From a bacterium (GTDB lineage: Bacteria; SAR324; NAC60-12): DNA of 64,000 nt. The stretch lies in the NCBI GenBank assembly GCA_965205865.1, contig CBDBHR010000023.1, positions 32,001-96,000 of the forward strand. The letters are read 5' to 3'. This document shows, one piece after another, positions 29,980 through 41,692 of this stretch (position 1 is its first letter; every line of letters begins with the position of its first letter). Made by a program: the position numbers and the translations under genes. Below the pieces are notes generated by a model. It worked only from the letters and a program-made list of their open reading frames with translations. It was not told the origin of the DNA and ran no database searches.

Positions 29980-31065
29980 ATGCCAATATTAACCAAACAT
30001 CAGATTGTCCGTATAACAGATGTGATGTTGCAGGCGGGAGGAGCCCCGGCCGGCCACGCTGGTATCGTGGCGGACCACCTGGCCCATGCCAATCTTGCGG
30101 GATACGATTCCCATGGGTTCATTCGCCTACCCCAGTACCTGAAAGAAATTGAGGAAGGCGTTGTCGATCCAAGGGCAGAGCCGGAAGTCGTTGGCGACCA
30201 TGGGGCGATCCTCCAGGTTGATGGCCATTCTACCTTCGGACAGGTGGTTGCCACGCGAGCGACCGAAATGGCGATCGAGAAGGCTCGTGATCATGGAGTC
30301 AGCTTGGTTAGTATGGGAAACCTGACTCATACGGGTCGAATCGGAACCTACCCTGAAATGGCAGCAGCGGCCGGCCTGGCTGCCATCATGTTTACGGGCT
30401 GGGCGGGAAAACCGTGGGCCCCCCTGGTTCCCTTTGGAGGACGCGAGGGCCGACTCGGTTCGAACCCTTTAGCGATGGCATTTCCTCATGCCGAAGGCGC
30501 CCCGGTTCTGCTTGATATTTCTACCTCGATCACCTCTGAGGGTAAGATACGGGTATACCGTAACAAGGAACAGGAGCTTCCGGATACTTGGATCATTGAT
30601 AAGCATGGGGTCCCCAGTAGGAACCCGAACGATTTCTACGATGGGGGTGCGCAATTTCCCGTCGGTGGCATGCAAGGCGGCTACAAGGGATATGCGCTCT
30701 CGGTAATGATCGCGCTTTTCGGGGGACTTCTTGGCCAGATTGCTGTCCCTCAAGGAAAGACTTATATGGCGGAAATGTGTGAAGGATCCACGATACTCGC
30801 CATCGACATAGGCCGCATGGCGCCCCTGGAAACCATCCGGGCCGAGGTCCAACAGATGATGAGATACCTTCAAGACACCCCCCCGATGGAAGGATCAAGC
30901 GGGGTTTTCTTTCCGGGGGAAAGATCCGCCAATACCCGCCAAGAGCGATTGGCCCAGGGCATCCCTGTAGATCCCACCACTTGGGCTCAGGTAGAAGCCC
31001 TCTTCGACCAATACGGGGTCCGTGACCAATTGGTGAATGTCCTTCTCTCTGGAGGAAATCCTTAG
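29980..31065 (+). CDS. Ldh_2-family oxidoreductase, copy 2
   Basis: Close paralog of 3415-4491 with intact HTGRIG motif. Confidence 0.9.
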   Translation: MPILTKHQIVRITDVMLQAGGAPAGHAGIVADHLAHANLAGYDSHGFIRLPQYLKEIEEGVVDPRAEPEVVGDHGAILQVDGHSTFGQVVATRATEMAIEKARDHGVSLVSMGNLTHTGRIGTYPEMAAAAGLAAIMFTGWAGKPWAPLVPFGGREGRLGSNPLAMAFPHAEGAPVLLDISTSITSEGKIRVYRNKEQELPDTWIIDKHGVPSRNPNDFYDGGAQFPVGGMQGGYKGYALSVMIALFGGLLGQIAVPQGKTYMAEMCEGSTILAIDIGRMAPLETIRAEVQQMMRYLQDTPPMEGSSGVFFPGERSANTRQERLAQGIPVDPTTWAQVEALFDQYGVRDQLVNVLLSGGNP

Positions 31066-31144
31066 AATGGCCATAAGGAATTGTTAGGCGCCCAAGGGGA
31101 TGACTGAGATTCACTCGTTCCACACACTGGTTGGGCTGACTGTC

Positions 31145-31543
31145 TTATGGAAAGTTTTCCCATACGACTTCAACCGGATAATGGGTAAATACTGGATCAC
31201 GGCTCACTAAGATAGTGTCTTCTACATTTGCTTGTGCGATCAATAGACGATCAAATGGATCTTTATGATGGGAAGGCAAACTGTCTAATGCTAAGACATG
31301 CGTTAGACCAATGGGCAAGATCTCAATATTATTGGTCTGTCGTTGATTTTCAATTATTTCTGCCAAAGGTAGATTGAGTTTCAGTTTTCCTAATTGAAGC
31401 TTGATTTGCATTTCCCAAACGCTTGCCATACTTAAAAGAAGAATATTCGTTCGATCTCGGCACAGCGTCAAAACCGTTGAAGAAAGTTTCTCTGGTTCAC
31501 TATCCCACCAAATAAATGTGTGTGTATCCAATAACACTTTCAT
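31145..31543 (-). CDS. vapC: VapC/PIN-domain toxin
   Basis: LLDTHTFIW, SVWE, HKDPFDRLLIAQA, SRD. Confidence 0.9.
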   Translation of the reverse strand: MKVLLDTHTFIWWDSEPEKLSSTVLTLCRDRTNILLLSMASVWEMQIKLQLGKLKLNLPLAEIIENQRQTNNIEILPIGLTHVLALDSLPSHHKDPFDRLLIAQANVEDTILVSRDPVFTHYPVEVVWENFP

Positions 31544-31619
31544 GTAGTTCCTGTCCAAAATTCATCCGATAAGGGGGTATCGAAATCTGCACTCGTCCAA
31601 ATTGCCCCGGTATGCAATA
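31540..31619 (-). pseudogene. 3' remnant of a DUF2281-like antitoxin truncated by IS256
   Basis: Reads LHTGAIWTSADFDTPLSDEFWTGTT*, with ATGA overlap into vapC. Confidence 0.7.
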
Positions 31620-33002
31620 GAGCTATAATCGAATCTGGTGTTTGAGGAATTGAAAAAAGGCGGCATATCTGGTTGACTAGAATTTTCGAATATCAATCAA
31701 CCAAATAAAAAGGATATGCCACTATGGGAAAGAACAGCATTTTAGAGTTCGATAATAAAGAGAGTGTTTCAGATGTTCTGAACGAGTTGTTACGAGACGG
31801 GGCACAGCAATTAATACGTCAGGCAGTAGAAACAGAATTGAGCGAGTATTTGTCTCAGCATCAACGCATAGCCGATGATGGAAGGCTTGCGTTGGTACGC
31901 AACGGCTACCTGCCAAAACGAGAAATCCTGACAGGTATAGGCCCAGTCAGTGTCCGCATCCCCAAGGTACGTTCAAAAGATGGGAAGGCACTGACTTTCC
32001 GTTCTGCCTTGGTTCCGCCCTATGTCAGAAAAACCAGATCCCTGGAAGCAGCATTACCATGGCTGTACCTGAAAGGTGTTTCTACCGGAGAGATGGAGGA
32101 AGCATTAAAAGTCCTGGTCGGTCATGATGCACTGGGCCTCTCAGCCAGCACTGTCTCACGCCTCAAGAGTGAATGGGCAAATGAATATCATCATTGGCGG
32201 GAGGCACCACTGGATGAAGACCGCTGGGCCTATGTCTGGGTAGATGGCATCTATTCAGGTCTTCGATCCGAGAAAGATAAACTTTGCGCATTGGTTATCA
32301 TTGGAGTCAACGAAAGAGGTCAGAAACGTTTTTTAGCCATCGAAGATGGTGTACGAGAGTCCACTCAGAGTTGGAGAGAAGTTCTGCTGAAACTCAAAAG
32401 CCGTGGCATGAATGTTCCTCAGTTAGCTATTGGTGATGGAGCCATGGGGTTTTGGGCTGCCATGGATGAAGTATATCCTCAGACACGTCATCAGCGCTGC
32501 TGGGTACACAAAACAGCTAATATCCTTAACTCTCTGCCCAAAAGCTCACAGCCTAAAGCTAAAGAGGCGATACATGAAATCTGGCAGGCAGAGACTAAAA
32601 TCAATGCGGAGAAAGCCTTTGAACTCTTCATTGAAACCTATCAGGATAAATATCCAAAGGCCACCCTTTCTCTACAGCAAGATCGTGAAGAGTTACTGGC
32701 CTTTTATGATTTCCCTGCTAAACATTGGCAGAGTATACGAACCAGCAACCCGATTGAATCCACCTTTGGTACCATAAGGCACAGAACTAAAAGATCAAAG
32801 GGCTGTCTCAATCGTGAAGGAATGCTGCACATGATGTTTAAGCTGGGACAATGCGCAGAAAAGAATTGGAGAAAGTTACGTGGCTTTGATTACCTGGCAA
32901 AGGTGATTGAAGGTGTACAATTCTCTGATGGAATCGAGGTGATTCCTGAAATCCGGATTGCCGCTTGATTTTTAACTCAAACACCACTTTTGACAATAAC
33001 TC
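31620..33002 (+). mobile_element. IS256-family element, complete
   Basis: IRs gagctataatcgaatctggtgtttgag / ctcaaacaccacttttgacaataactc; no matching flanking duplication. Confidence 0.92.
31724..32968 (+). CDS. IS256-family transposase
   Basis: RNGY, YLKGVST, WVDG, IGDG, QRCWVHK, TSNPIES. Confidence 0.95.
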   Translation: MGKNSILEFDNKESVSDVLNELLRDGAQQLIRQAVETELSEYLSQHQRIADDGRLALVRNGYLPKREILTGIGPVSVRIPKVRSKDGKALTFRSALVPPYVRKTRSLEAALPWLYLKGVSTGEMEEALKVLVGHDALGLSASTVSRLKSEWANEYHHWREAPLDEDRWAYVWVDGIYSGLRSEKDKLCALVIIGVNERGQKRFLAIEDGVRESTQSWREVLLKLKSRGMNVPQLAIGDGAMGFWAAMDEVYPQTRHQRCWVHKTANILNSLPKSSQPKAKEAIHEIWQAETKINAEKAFELFIETYQDKYPKATLSLQQDREELLAFYDFPAKHWQSIRTSNPIESTFGTIRHRTKRSKGCLNREGMLHMMFKLGQCAEKNWRKLRGFDYLAKVIEGVQFSDGIEVIPEIRIAA

Positions 33003-33883
33003 ATACGGGTTGCTTCTTCTGCCATAAGGATGGCCCTTAACTGGTCAACATACGGCAAGCGGTTCTCCGGGTATTTCTCGTCGTAGTCCCAGTGGTCAGG
33101 ATTCTTGGTAAAGGTTTTGGAGACACCTTCGACATAGTCGGTCAGCATAAAGGGCCCGCTGCCGACCACGTTCTTCCAATCCTCATAGTTGCCGTAATGC
33201 TCGATCACGTCGCGGGGTAGTATCCAATTCTGATTTGCGTTGAGGATTGGATGTAGCGCGTCGAGGGATAGCCTTGTCATCTTCATGACAACCGTGTATT
33301 TGTCGGTGGCTTCTATCGATTCCCATGGCAGGTTGAAAAGGGGGCCAGGCTTAAGGGGACGTTCGGTGAAGTCACCCTGAGCGGTAAGGCGCTGATAGGT
33401 ATAGACGACATCATCGGCGGTTAGCTCCCGACCGTTTACTAAGCGACTGGCCTCACTGTCCGGATCAAGAGCGTAGTGAACGCCCTGACGGATGTGGAAG
33501 ATGTAAGTTAGTGGGTCGGGCGTTTCCCAGCTTTCCGCCAGATGCCCTGTCAAGAAGCGCGTAGGGACGTAACTGTCTGTCCAGTCAAATTCTTCCCTAT
33601 CCAGTGCCCAGTCCCCGAGGGCGAGCTTCTCATTAACACCGTCTATGAGCCAGCCCGCTTCCCAGGCAACAGCAAAGGGGTCTACATTGTCGCTTACTCT
33701 TCCACCCCAGGCGTAGGTCAATGTCCCGCCATACTCCGGCGCGGTCACCACCTTGCCGGTGCTGGGGTCCGTCACCATCTTTTTATCAGCAGCCACGGCT
33801 GCCGGGCTGACCCAGATTGCGATCACGGCCAGGATGAAGGTTAAAAATATTGATTGGATTTTTCTGTTTTTTCTAGTTTTCAT
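33003..33883 (-). pseudogene. Family-5 ABC substrate-binding protein truncated by IS256
   Basis: Signal peptide, PEYGGTL, LAESWE, GSGPF; stops at the IS end after about 290 aa. Confidence 0.85.
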
Positions 33884-33939
33884 ATTTCCTCTTACAATTG
33901 AGGTGAAATAAAAAGATTCACCACACCATTGGACGAATC

Positions 33940-33985
33940 GGATTTTCGCTCCCCGCTTTCGCGGGGACAAGTTTGCGAGGACAAG
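33940..33985. repeat. Degenerate REP arm with nested hairpin
   Basis: tccccgctttcgcggggacaag resembles tccctgctttcgcagggacaag at about 34570. Confidence 0.65.
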
Positions 33986-34459
33986 TTTTTGTACAGCAGA
34001 CCAGATGCCTGCCACTTTCGGCCCCACGAGAGGGGCAAAAAGTTGCTTGAAATACATATCCATGAGAACTCCTTATACAAGAGATTGACAATACTTCACC
34101 CAGCCATTGACCCCATCGAAAGAACGGGGGCTCGAACACCCGGATGAGGAACAAAAGATTCCCGGGGAGGATCCATCGCTTTCACGTTCTCTCACGATAT
34201 TGTTCAATCGATCGATCGGGAACCCTCATTTTTCACTAAAACAACTCAGTGAAGGCATGATCCTAGCACAACAACAACAACCCAATGTCAACCCCCCAAG
34301 GCAAAATAAATGCGGGATTCGCAAAAAAATTATAATATAAAATCGATGATGTTTATTGAAAATGTTGGATGGCAAAGGACTGGGAGTTTCCTTTGACCCA
34401 CGACTCTCTTGTGTTGAATTGTGGGATTTCCGGACCCCATACCTTCCAATGTTAAATTA

Positions 34460-34675
34460 ACCTGAGTGCGACATAAATCTTCAATAATATGAGTATCCTA
34501 GTGTATATGTCATCCTCGCGAAAGCGGGGATCCGGATTTCAGTCCGGCTGCATACCTCTGGATTCCTGCTCCCTGCTTTCGCAGGGACAAGCTTCGCAGG
34601 AATGACAAGCTTTCTCTAAGATATGAAGATTCTATAACATATTGAATTTATTAAAATCTTATCTCGAACTCAGGT
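34460..34675. mobile_element. MITE (ACCTGAG...CTCAGGT) carrying a GTCAT hairpin doublet
   Basis: IR ends, 7-bp TAAATTA direct repeat on both flanks, inner doublet 34509-34606. Confidence 0.8.
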
Positions 34676-34968
34676 TAAATTACGCTGCGACGCTTTCTGG
34701 CTTTGGGGAGTAGTCGGGAGTCCTGGAGGGAACCTCGGGTGGCTATTAATTGATGGCAAGCAGCACGAAAAAAAGATAAATTTCGGAGCGTCTTCTGCGA
34801 AGGGTCAATGGAAAGAACACTTGCTTGGTGACGCAGCTTCGGCAATCTCCTGATATTTGTGCTATATTTTTAAATTCTCTATCAAATAGAAGTCATTGAA
34901 ATCGCTTCCCAGTCATACCTTTTCTGGAAATTGTGGATGACAATAAGACAAACAGTAGGAGACTAAAG

Positions 34969-36252
34969 ATGGATTGGGATTTGAACCCGCCTCCCCTTTC
35001 AGAGATGAAAGATCGCGATGTCCGTGAAAGAGGCAATCATCTCAAAGGAAAACGGATTGCGCTTTTGCTCACAGGAAGCATCGCTACCTACCGCGCACCG
35101 GATTTGGTCCGAGAGCTACGTCGCGAAGGAGGCGAAGTTGTGGTCTTTATTACGAAAGAAGGTCTGCGCTATGTGAGCAAGGAAGCTTTGGAATGGACAT
35201 CCCTCAACCGGGTGATTGATGAGTTTACTGCAGATGCGGAGCATTTGAGCGATTCTGCTCCATTTGACGCTTATTTGGTCGCGCCGGCCACTTACAATGT
35301 GATCAACAAAGTCGCCCGAGGAATTGCGGATTGTGTTGTCTCATCCACTTTGGCATCCGCGTTGGGGAAGCTTGAACAAAAGCAGACCACGGTGCTGATC
35401 GCTCCTGCAATGCATGGTAATTTGCACAACAGCATCCTGAGCGACTCATTGAAGAAGCTCCGCTCCATGGCAGTCTCTCTCATTCCACCACGCCAAGAAA
35501 ACGGGAAAAACAATTTACCTTCCAAAGAAATACTGGTTGCTGAGACAATTCGAGGAATCAAGCCCTCTCCCCTGAAAGGGTTGGATATTTTAGTAACGGG
35601 AGGATCGACTCCCGTTTATCTGGATAGCATCCGCCGCATCGTCACTCGTTTTACCGGCGCCTTATCAATCGAGATTGCCAAAGAGGCCTACTTTCAAGGA
35701 GCAACGGTACATCTGGTTATAGACGCTCACAGTCATTCCCCTCCCGATTATCTGAAGAGTCATCTTGTAGAAAACTATGACGATTACGGGGAAACCGTTA
35801 AGCAATTGCTGCAAACCAAGCCGATCTCCGCAGGTATTTTTTCTGCCGCTGTTGCGGATTTTCGTCCGGAAACGGTTTTTCCCGGAAAAATGCCCAGTGG
35901 GCAACCTCAAATGCTCAAATTGGTCACTACGGAAAAAATCACCCAACAAGTCTCTGAACAATTTCCAACACTGCTTATGGTCACTTTCAAGTATGAAGAA
36001 AAGCTCAGCCATGAGAAATTGATGACGATTGCCGAGTTTTATTTGAAAAAAGGATCTTCTATTGTCGTGGCAAACCGGGGGGAAGAAAAAGGAGCGGCTG
36101 GAGAACAAGTGGCTTGGTTGGTTGAACAAGATCTGCCGGCTCAAAAAATGGAGGGAAAACCTCAAATTGCGCATATCCTGCTGAAAAGGCTTGCAGAGAA
36201 ACTATCAGGTTCTCCAATTGCGGATGACCAGCCAGTGTCGTTTTTCTTGTGA
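34969..36252 (+). CDS. coaBC: Bifunctional phosphopantothenoylcysteine decarboxylase/synthetase
   Basis: TGSIATY, APATYN, APAMH, VTGG.T...DSIR, AAVADF, FKYE, VVAN. Confidence 0.85.
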   Translation: MDWDLNPPPLSEMKDRDVRERGNHLKGKRIALLLTGSIATYRAPDLVRELRREGGEVVVFITKEGLRYVSKEALEWTSLNRVIDEFTADAEHLSDSAPFDAYLVAPATYNVINKVARGIADCVVSSTLASALGKLEQKQTTVLIAPAMHGNLHNSILSDSLKKLRSMAVSLIPPRQENGKNNLPSKEILVAETIRGIKPSPLKGLDILVTGGSTPVYLDSIRRIVTRFTGALSIEIAKEAYFQGATVHLVIDAHSHSPPDYLKSHLVENYDDYGETVKQLLQTKPISAGIFSAAVADFRPETVFPGKMPSGQPQMLKLVTTEKITQQVSEQFPTLLMVTFKYEEKLSHEKLMTIAEFYLKKGSSIVVANRGEEKGAAGEQVAWLVEQDLPAQKMEGKPQIAHILLKRLAEKLSGSPIADDQPVSFFL

Positions 36253-36477
36253 TGATCTCTTCCTTTGTCCGGTGACCAGAAAAAGTATTGCGACAAATGT
36301 AAGAAAATGAGCAAAGTTTGGTAAATTTATTGCTTATTTGATTCCATTCCGTATATAGTGGATGCTGATTCGGCGGAGGAGACGCCTCCCTCTGATTCCG
36401 AGCCCTTATGAAGAGAGCTTGAAAATTAATTCTGTTGCTCTTTTACTTATGACAAATCGTATAATTTGGAGAATAAT

Positions 36478-37107
36478 ATGAAAAGGTTGATAGTTGCAGG
36501 AATGACACTCGCACTGAGTCTAGGAATGTCAATTGCGGTTTATGCTGCCGGGGATGCGGAAAAAGGGGAAACCCTTTTTAACGTTTGCGCAGTCTGCCAT
36601 GGCGAAAATGGCGAAGGAAATCCCGCGCTGAATGCCCCGGTTATTGGAGGACAGGAAGTTTGGTACGTTGAGAGGCAATTGCAAAATTTCAAAGCCGGTT
36701 TCCGCGCAGGAGATCCAAGAGATATCTATGGCGCCCAAATGCGCGCAATGTCCATGACGCTGGCCGATGATCAGGAAATTGCAGACGTGGCCGCTTACGT
36801 GAACTCCTTGAAACCTCCTAAACCTCCGAACAGCGTGACAGGCGACGCTGCTTCAGGACAAGCGAGTTTTGCGCTTTGCGTGGCCTGCCATGGGGCAAAA
36901 GGGGAAGGAAACAAAGCCTTGAATTCACCTAAATTGACAAACCAGTACGATTGGTATGCAGTGCGACAACTGAAAAATTACAAAGAAGGTATACGAGGAG
37001 TCAATCCCCAAGATCTATTTGGCATGCAAATGCGTCCCATGGCAATGATACTTATTGATGACGATGCCATCAACAATATGGCCGCATATATCAACACTTT
37101 GGAATAA
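36478..37107 (+). CDS. Diheme cytochrome c4 type
   Basis: Signal peptide; CAVCH and CVACH; distal Met motifs. Confidence 0.9.
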   Translation: MKRLIVAGMTLALSLGMSIAVYAAGDAEKGETLFNVCAVCHGENGEGNPALNAPVIGGQEVWYVERQLQNFKAGFRAGDPRDIYGAQMRAMSMTLADDQEIADVAAYVNSLKPPKPPNSVTGDAASGQASFALCVACHGAKGEGNKALNSPKLTNQYDWYAVRQLKNYKEGIRGVNPQDLFGMQMRPMAMILIDDDAINNMAAYINTLE

Positions 37108-37226
37108 AACTCGAGCACAACGGCTTTCTTCTATAACGATTGAAAGCCGGATTCTCCGTTTCGACTCACTCTTTTTGTTATAAATCCGGCTGGATTCTGA
37201 GAGTCCCCCACTCCAATTTAAAAAAA

Positions 37227-37253
37227 TTAGCACTCACCGGACATTAGTGCTAT
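37227..37253. promoter_or_regulatory. CIRCE element 1 (HrcA operator)
   Basis: TTAGCACTC-N9-TAGTGCTAT. Confidence 0.85.
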
Positions 37254-37297
37254 TTTTTCTTGATTTCTGAAAAATATCTGGTATATTCGTAGGGTTA

Positions 37298-37324
37298 ATA
37301 GCACTCACCTTTGTTGAATGCTAT
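37298..37324. promoter_or_regulatory. CIRCE element 2
   Basis: ATAGCACTC-N9-GAATGCTAT; a sigma70-like ttgatt..tatatt lies between the two CIRCEs. Confidence 0.75.
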
Positions 37325-37380
37325 TAATTTGAGTAAATAGTAAGCACATTCATATTAACCCTATTGAAATTAGGAGGAAC

Positions 37381-37665
37381 ATGATTCGTCCCTTACAAGA
37401 TCGAATTATAGTAAAACGATTAGATGCGGAAGAGAAGACCGTTGGTGGTATCTTCATTCCGGACACGGCAAAAGAGAAGCCTCAGGAAGGGGAAGTCATT
37501 GCGGTTGGCAAAGGAAAGCGTTCGGAGAGTGGTGAGATACAGGCATTGGACTTGAAGAAAGGCGATCGTATATTGTTCAGCAAATACGGAGGAACCGACA
37601 TCAAGATCGATGGACAAGAGTATCTTATCATGCGCGAAGACGATGTTTTGGGAGTGATTGAATAA
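37381..37665 (+). CDS. groES: Co-chaperonin GroES
   Basis: [26 protein letters not shown]. Confidence 0.98.
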   Translation: MIRPLQDRIIVKRLDAEEKTVGGIFIPDTAKEKPQEGEVIAVGKGKRSESGEIQALDLKKGDRILFSKYGGTDIKIDGQEYLIMREDDVLGVIE

Positions 37666-37693
37666 AACATATCCCAAGGATTATTTTCAGTAA

Positions 37694-39388
<1,695 letters not shown>

Positions 39389-39417
39389 TTCCCGTTTTCT
39401 GCTTTTCAAACGATCTC

Positions 39418-39444
39418 GGGCTGGCAACTTGCCAGCCCTTTTTT
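39418..39444 (+). terminator. Rho-independent terminator of groESL
   Basis: gggctggcaa-c-ttgccagccc followed by T6. Confidence 0.85.
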
Positions 39445-39461
39445 CTGAGAAATATTCCCTC

Positions 39462-39812
39462 CTATCGTTCAGTGGCTTCTAATTCGGCCTTGCAATCGAT
39501 GCAAAAAGTGGTAACCGGCCGAATCTCGAGACGTGGCCGTCCAATCATTTTTCCACAGCTTTCACAAAGTCCGAAGGTTTTGTCTTCAATCCGATCAAGG
39601 GCTTCTTGAATTTTACTCAGCAATTTTCGTTCACGGTCTCTAATCCGTAAGACGGTGTTGCGGTCTGTTTCCAGAGAAGCCCGGTCATTGGGATCAGGAA
39701 AAAGGGTGCTTTCGCTTTTCATTTCATGGACAGTGGTAGTACTTTCAGCTAAGAGCGCCTTTTTCATCTCAAGCAATAATTTTTTAAAATATTCTAAATC
39801 TTCCGGAATCAT
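39462..39812 (-). CDS. dksA: RNA polymerase-binding protein DksA
   Basis: DPNDRA coiled-coil tip; CESC...CIDC zinc finger. Confidence 0.92.
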   Translation of the reverse strand: MIPEDLEYFKKLLLEMKKALLAESTTTVHEMKSESTLFPDPNDRASLETDRNTVLRIRDRERKLLSKIQEALDRIEDKTFGLCESCGKMIGRPRLEIRPVTTFCIDCKAELEATER

Positions 39813-39943
39813 ATATACCTCGAAACAATCGATTTCCCATGATGCTCTTTTTCAATAAATCGTCAATTCGCTCCCTCGACTACGGAACAATGATAGGATG
39901 AAGGATCGTCTTTGCTAAGCGTTATGGAGGTATCAGCCAAGGA

Positions 39944-40477
39944 TCAAAAACGGAAAAAGATGCGTTCGTATACACGTTTGGCAAATGCATTGGTGACTTC
40001 ATCAAGTCCACGTCCGATCGTTGAGCCAGTCAACCCCGTGCTGGTTTCTCCTTGTTCGTAAAGGAGAATTCCTCTCGCATTCAAGCCTTTTTCACTCCAG
40101 AGGACGATGTTCTGCTTCCTATCGTTGAGAACAACGATTCCTTTCAACTCCAATTGTAGCACGACTGTGGATCCATCTGCGGAAACAGAGGTTTGTTTGG
40201 CATCAAGGGTCTGTAGTTGGATATCTAAAACCAAATCCGCATCTTGTGGCCTGCCTAATTCTACAGAGGAGTTGTTGCGGAACAATTGCCGCAATCGCAG
40301 CATCAGCCGAGTTTCCAACCCTGCCTGAAAAGTCTGGTTTTGGATAGGGACAATCGCCAAGGTTGTCGCATCAGAAGGGAGTTGGGGATTGGTCCCTTCC
40401 AGTTGATAGCCACACGCGGCTAAACCGATTAGCATGACTATGACTAAAATTCGTAAAATACCAAAGGGCTTCATCAT
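39944..40477 (-). CDS. lptE: LPS assembly lipoprotein LptE-like
   Basis: Lipobox LAACGYQL; NQT..AGLE. Confidence 0.75.
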   Translation of the reverse strand: MMKPFGILRILVIVMLIGLAACGYQLEGTNPQLPSDATTLAIVPIQNQTFQAGLETRLMLRLRQLFRNNSSVELGRPQDADLVLDIQLQTLDAKQTSVSADGSTVVLQLELKGIVVLNDRKQNIVLWSEKGLNARGILLYEQGETSTGLTGSTIGRGLDEVTNAFAKRVYERIFFRF

Positions 40478-40776
40478 CGTCCGTCAAAATCTATTACTTG
40501 ATCGGCCTGAAAAATTACTCTTTTGTTGCCATTTTCAATTCTGCGTTTCTTGCCAGCGTCCAAGTTGGCAATTATCGTTATATACGGAAATTTCAGGAAA
40601 TACAAAACCGGAATGTCTGCTCCGTGAGAGTCCCAAAAGGATTGTCCAGCGGCTACAACAAAGAACTTGTCATCCTCGGGTTCATCAAGTATTTTTCAGA
40701 TCTGTCTTTCCAGAGGAAAAGAAGGTCACGCTGTTAAATCCTCCGTTCCCCTCGAATTCCCGCCATATCTGCAATT

Positions 40777-40853
40777 GCGTCCGTAGCTCAGTCGGATAGA
40801 GCAACGGATTTCTAATCCGTCGGTCACAGGTTCGAATCCTGTCGGACGCGCCA
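40777..40853 (+). tRNA. tRNA-Arg (anticodon TCT)
   Basis: Acceptor gcgtccg/cggacgc, anticodon arm acgga-tt-TCT-aa-tccgt, GTTCGAATC T-loop, CCA end. Confidence 0.97.
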
Positions 40854-41103
40854 ATACAATCAATAATTCAAGTGGCCTTTGCGATAGGTCTCTGCTTAAA
40901 GTACAATAACGGCTCTACATCTTTCTGCAAATGCAGTAACTTCTTTGGAAAATTTTCGACGTCCTCCTCCAGCTTTGATAATTATTAAAGGAGAAACCAC
41001 TAGGTGTGGTATGCGGAGTTAAACCCTTCTGCTGTTTCTCGTTGCCATTTTTGCTGACTTATTAGCCCCTTATGGAATGAACGATGCTATGGTGGGAGGT
41101 CGT

Positions 41104-41191
41104 CTGCTTTCGCAGGAATGACAAGGTTTCTCTAAGATATGAAGATTCCATAACATATTGAATTTATTAAATTCTTATCACGAACTCAGGT
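41104..41191. mobile_element. Right half of the ACCTGAG-type MITE
   Basis: Near-identical to about 34593-34675. Confidence 0.8.
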
Positions 41192-41398
41192 GAAATTAGC
41201 TTTTCTGACCTCATGGCTGCTATGGGACGAAAAACCTGGGGTTGTAAATATTTCAACTCGCAAAAATCACCCGAACAAAAGTTATTTTCTCAGGACAACA
41301 TAAAATGCTTGATTTATCAGCTACTGGCAGCAGCATAATTCTCAATATATGTCTGAAGTCCGGCATTCAAGGACTATAAAAAAAACATTCCATTCCTT

Positions 41399-41692
41399 GT
41401 GGTTTCAGGATATATCGAAGAAAAACGAATTTTGTCGAAAGGAAAATATTCCAATGGAAAAATGGGACTGATTCTACTAACAATTTTGGCACTTTTTGCG
41501 GTAGATGGAAGAGTATCCTATGCCTTTGCGGAAGACGAAGATACGGTTGGCTTTGTCAAATCGATAGAATATGGTAATTACACTGTCGGCCTTGGAATCT
41601 TCAATCTGTCCAAATTACCGGCAGAGGTGTTGAACACGCTGAAGGAATTGGGTTTGGAAAAAAATGTTGCTTTAGGAACAAACCTTAAATAA
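41399..41692 (+). CDS. Hypothetical protein, possibly a secreted fragment
   Basis: Hydrophobic signal-like stretch; no recognised motif. Confidence 0.3.
   Translation: MVSGYIEEKRILSKGKYSNGKMGLILLTILALFAVDGRVSYAFAEDEDTVGFVKSIEYGNYTVGLGIFNLSKLPAEVLNTLKELGLEKNVALGTNLK

Noticed and set aside
3415-31065. Ldh_2 and LLM repeats as DGR template/variable regions
   Set aside because: Differences are not adenine-specific and there is no intact RT; ordinary duplication explains them.
34000-34260. Structured ncRNA or riboswitch upstream of the SBP
   Set aside because: Only small hairpins; no recognisable family consensus.
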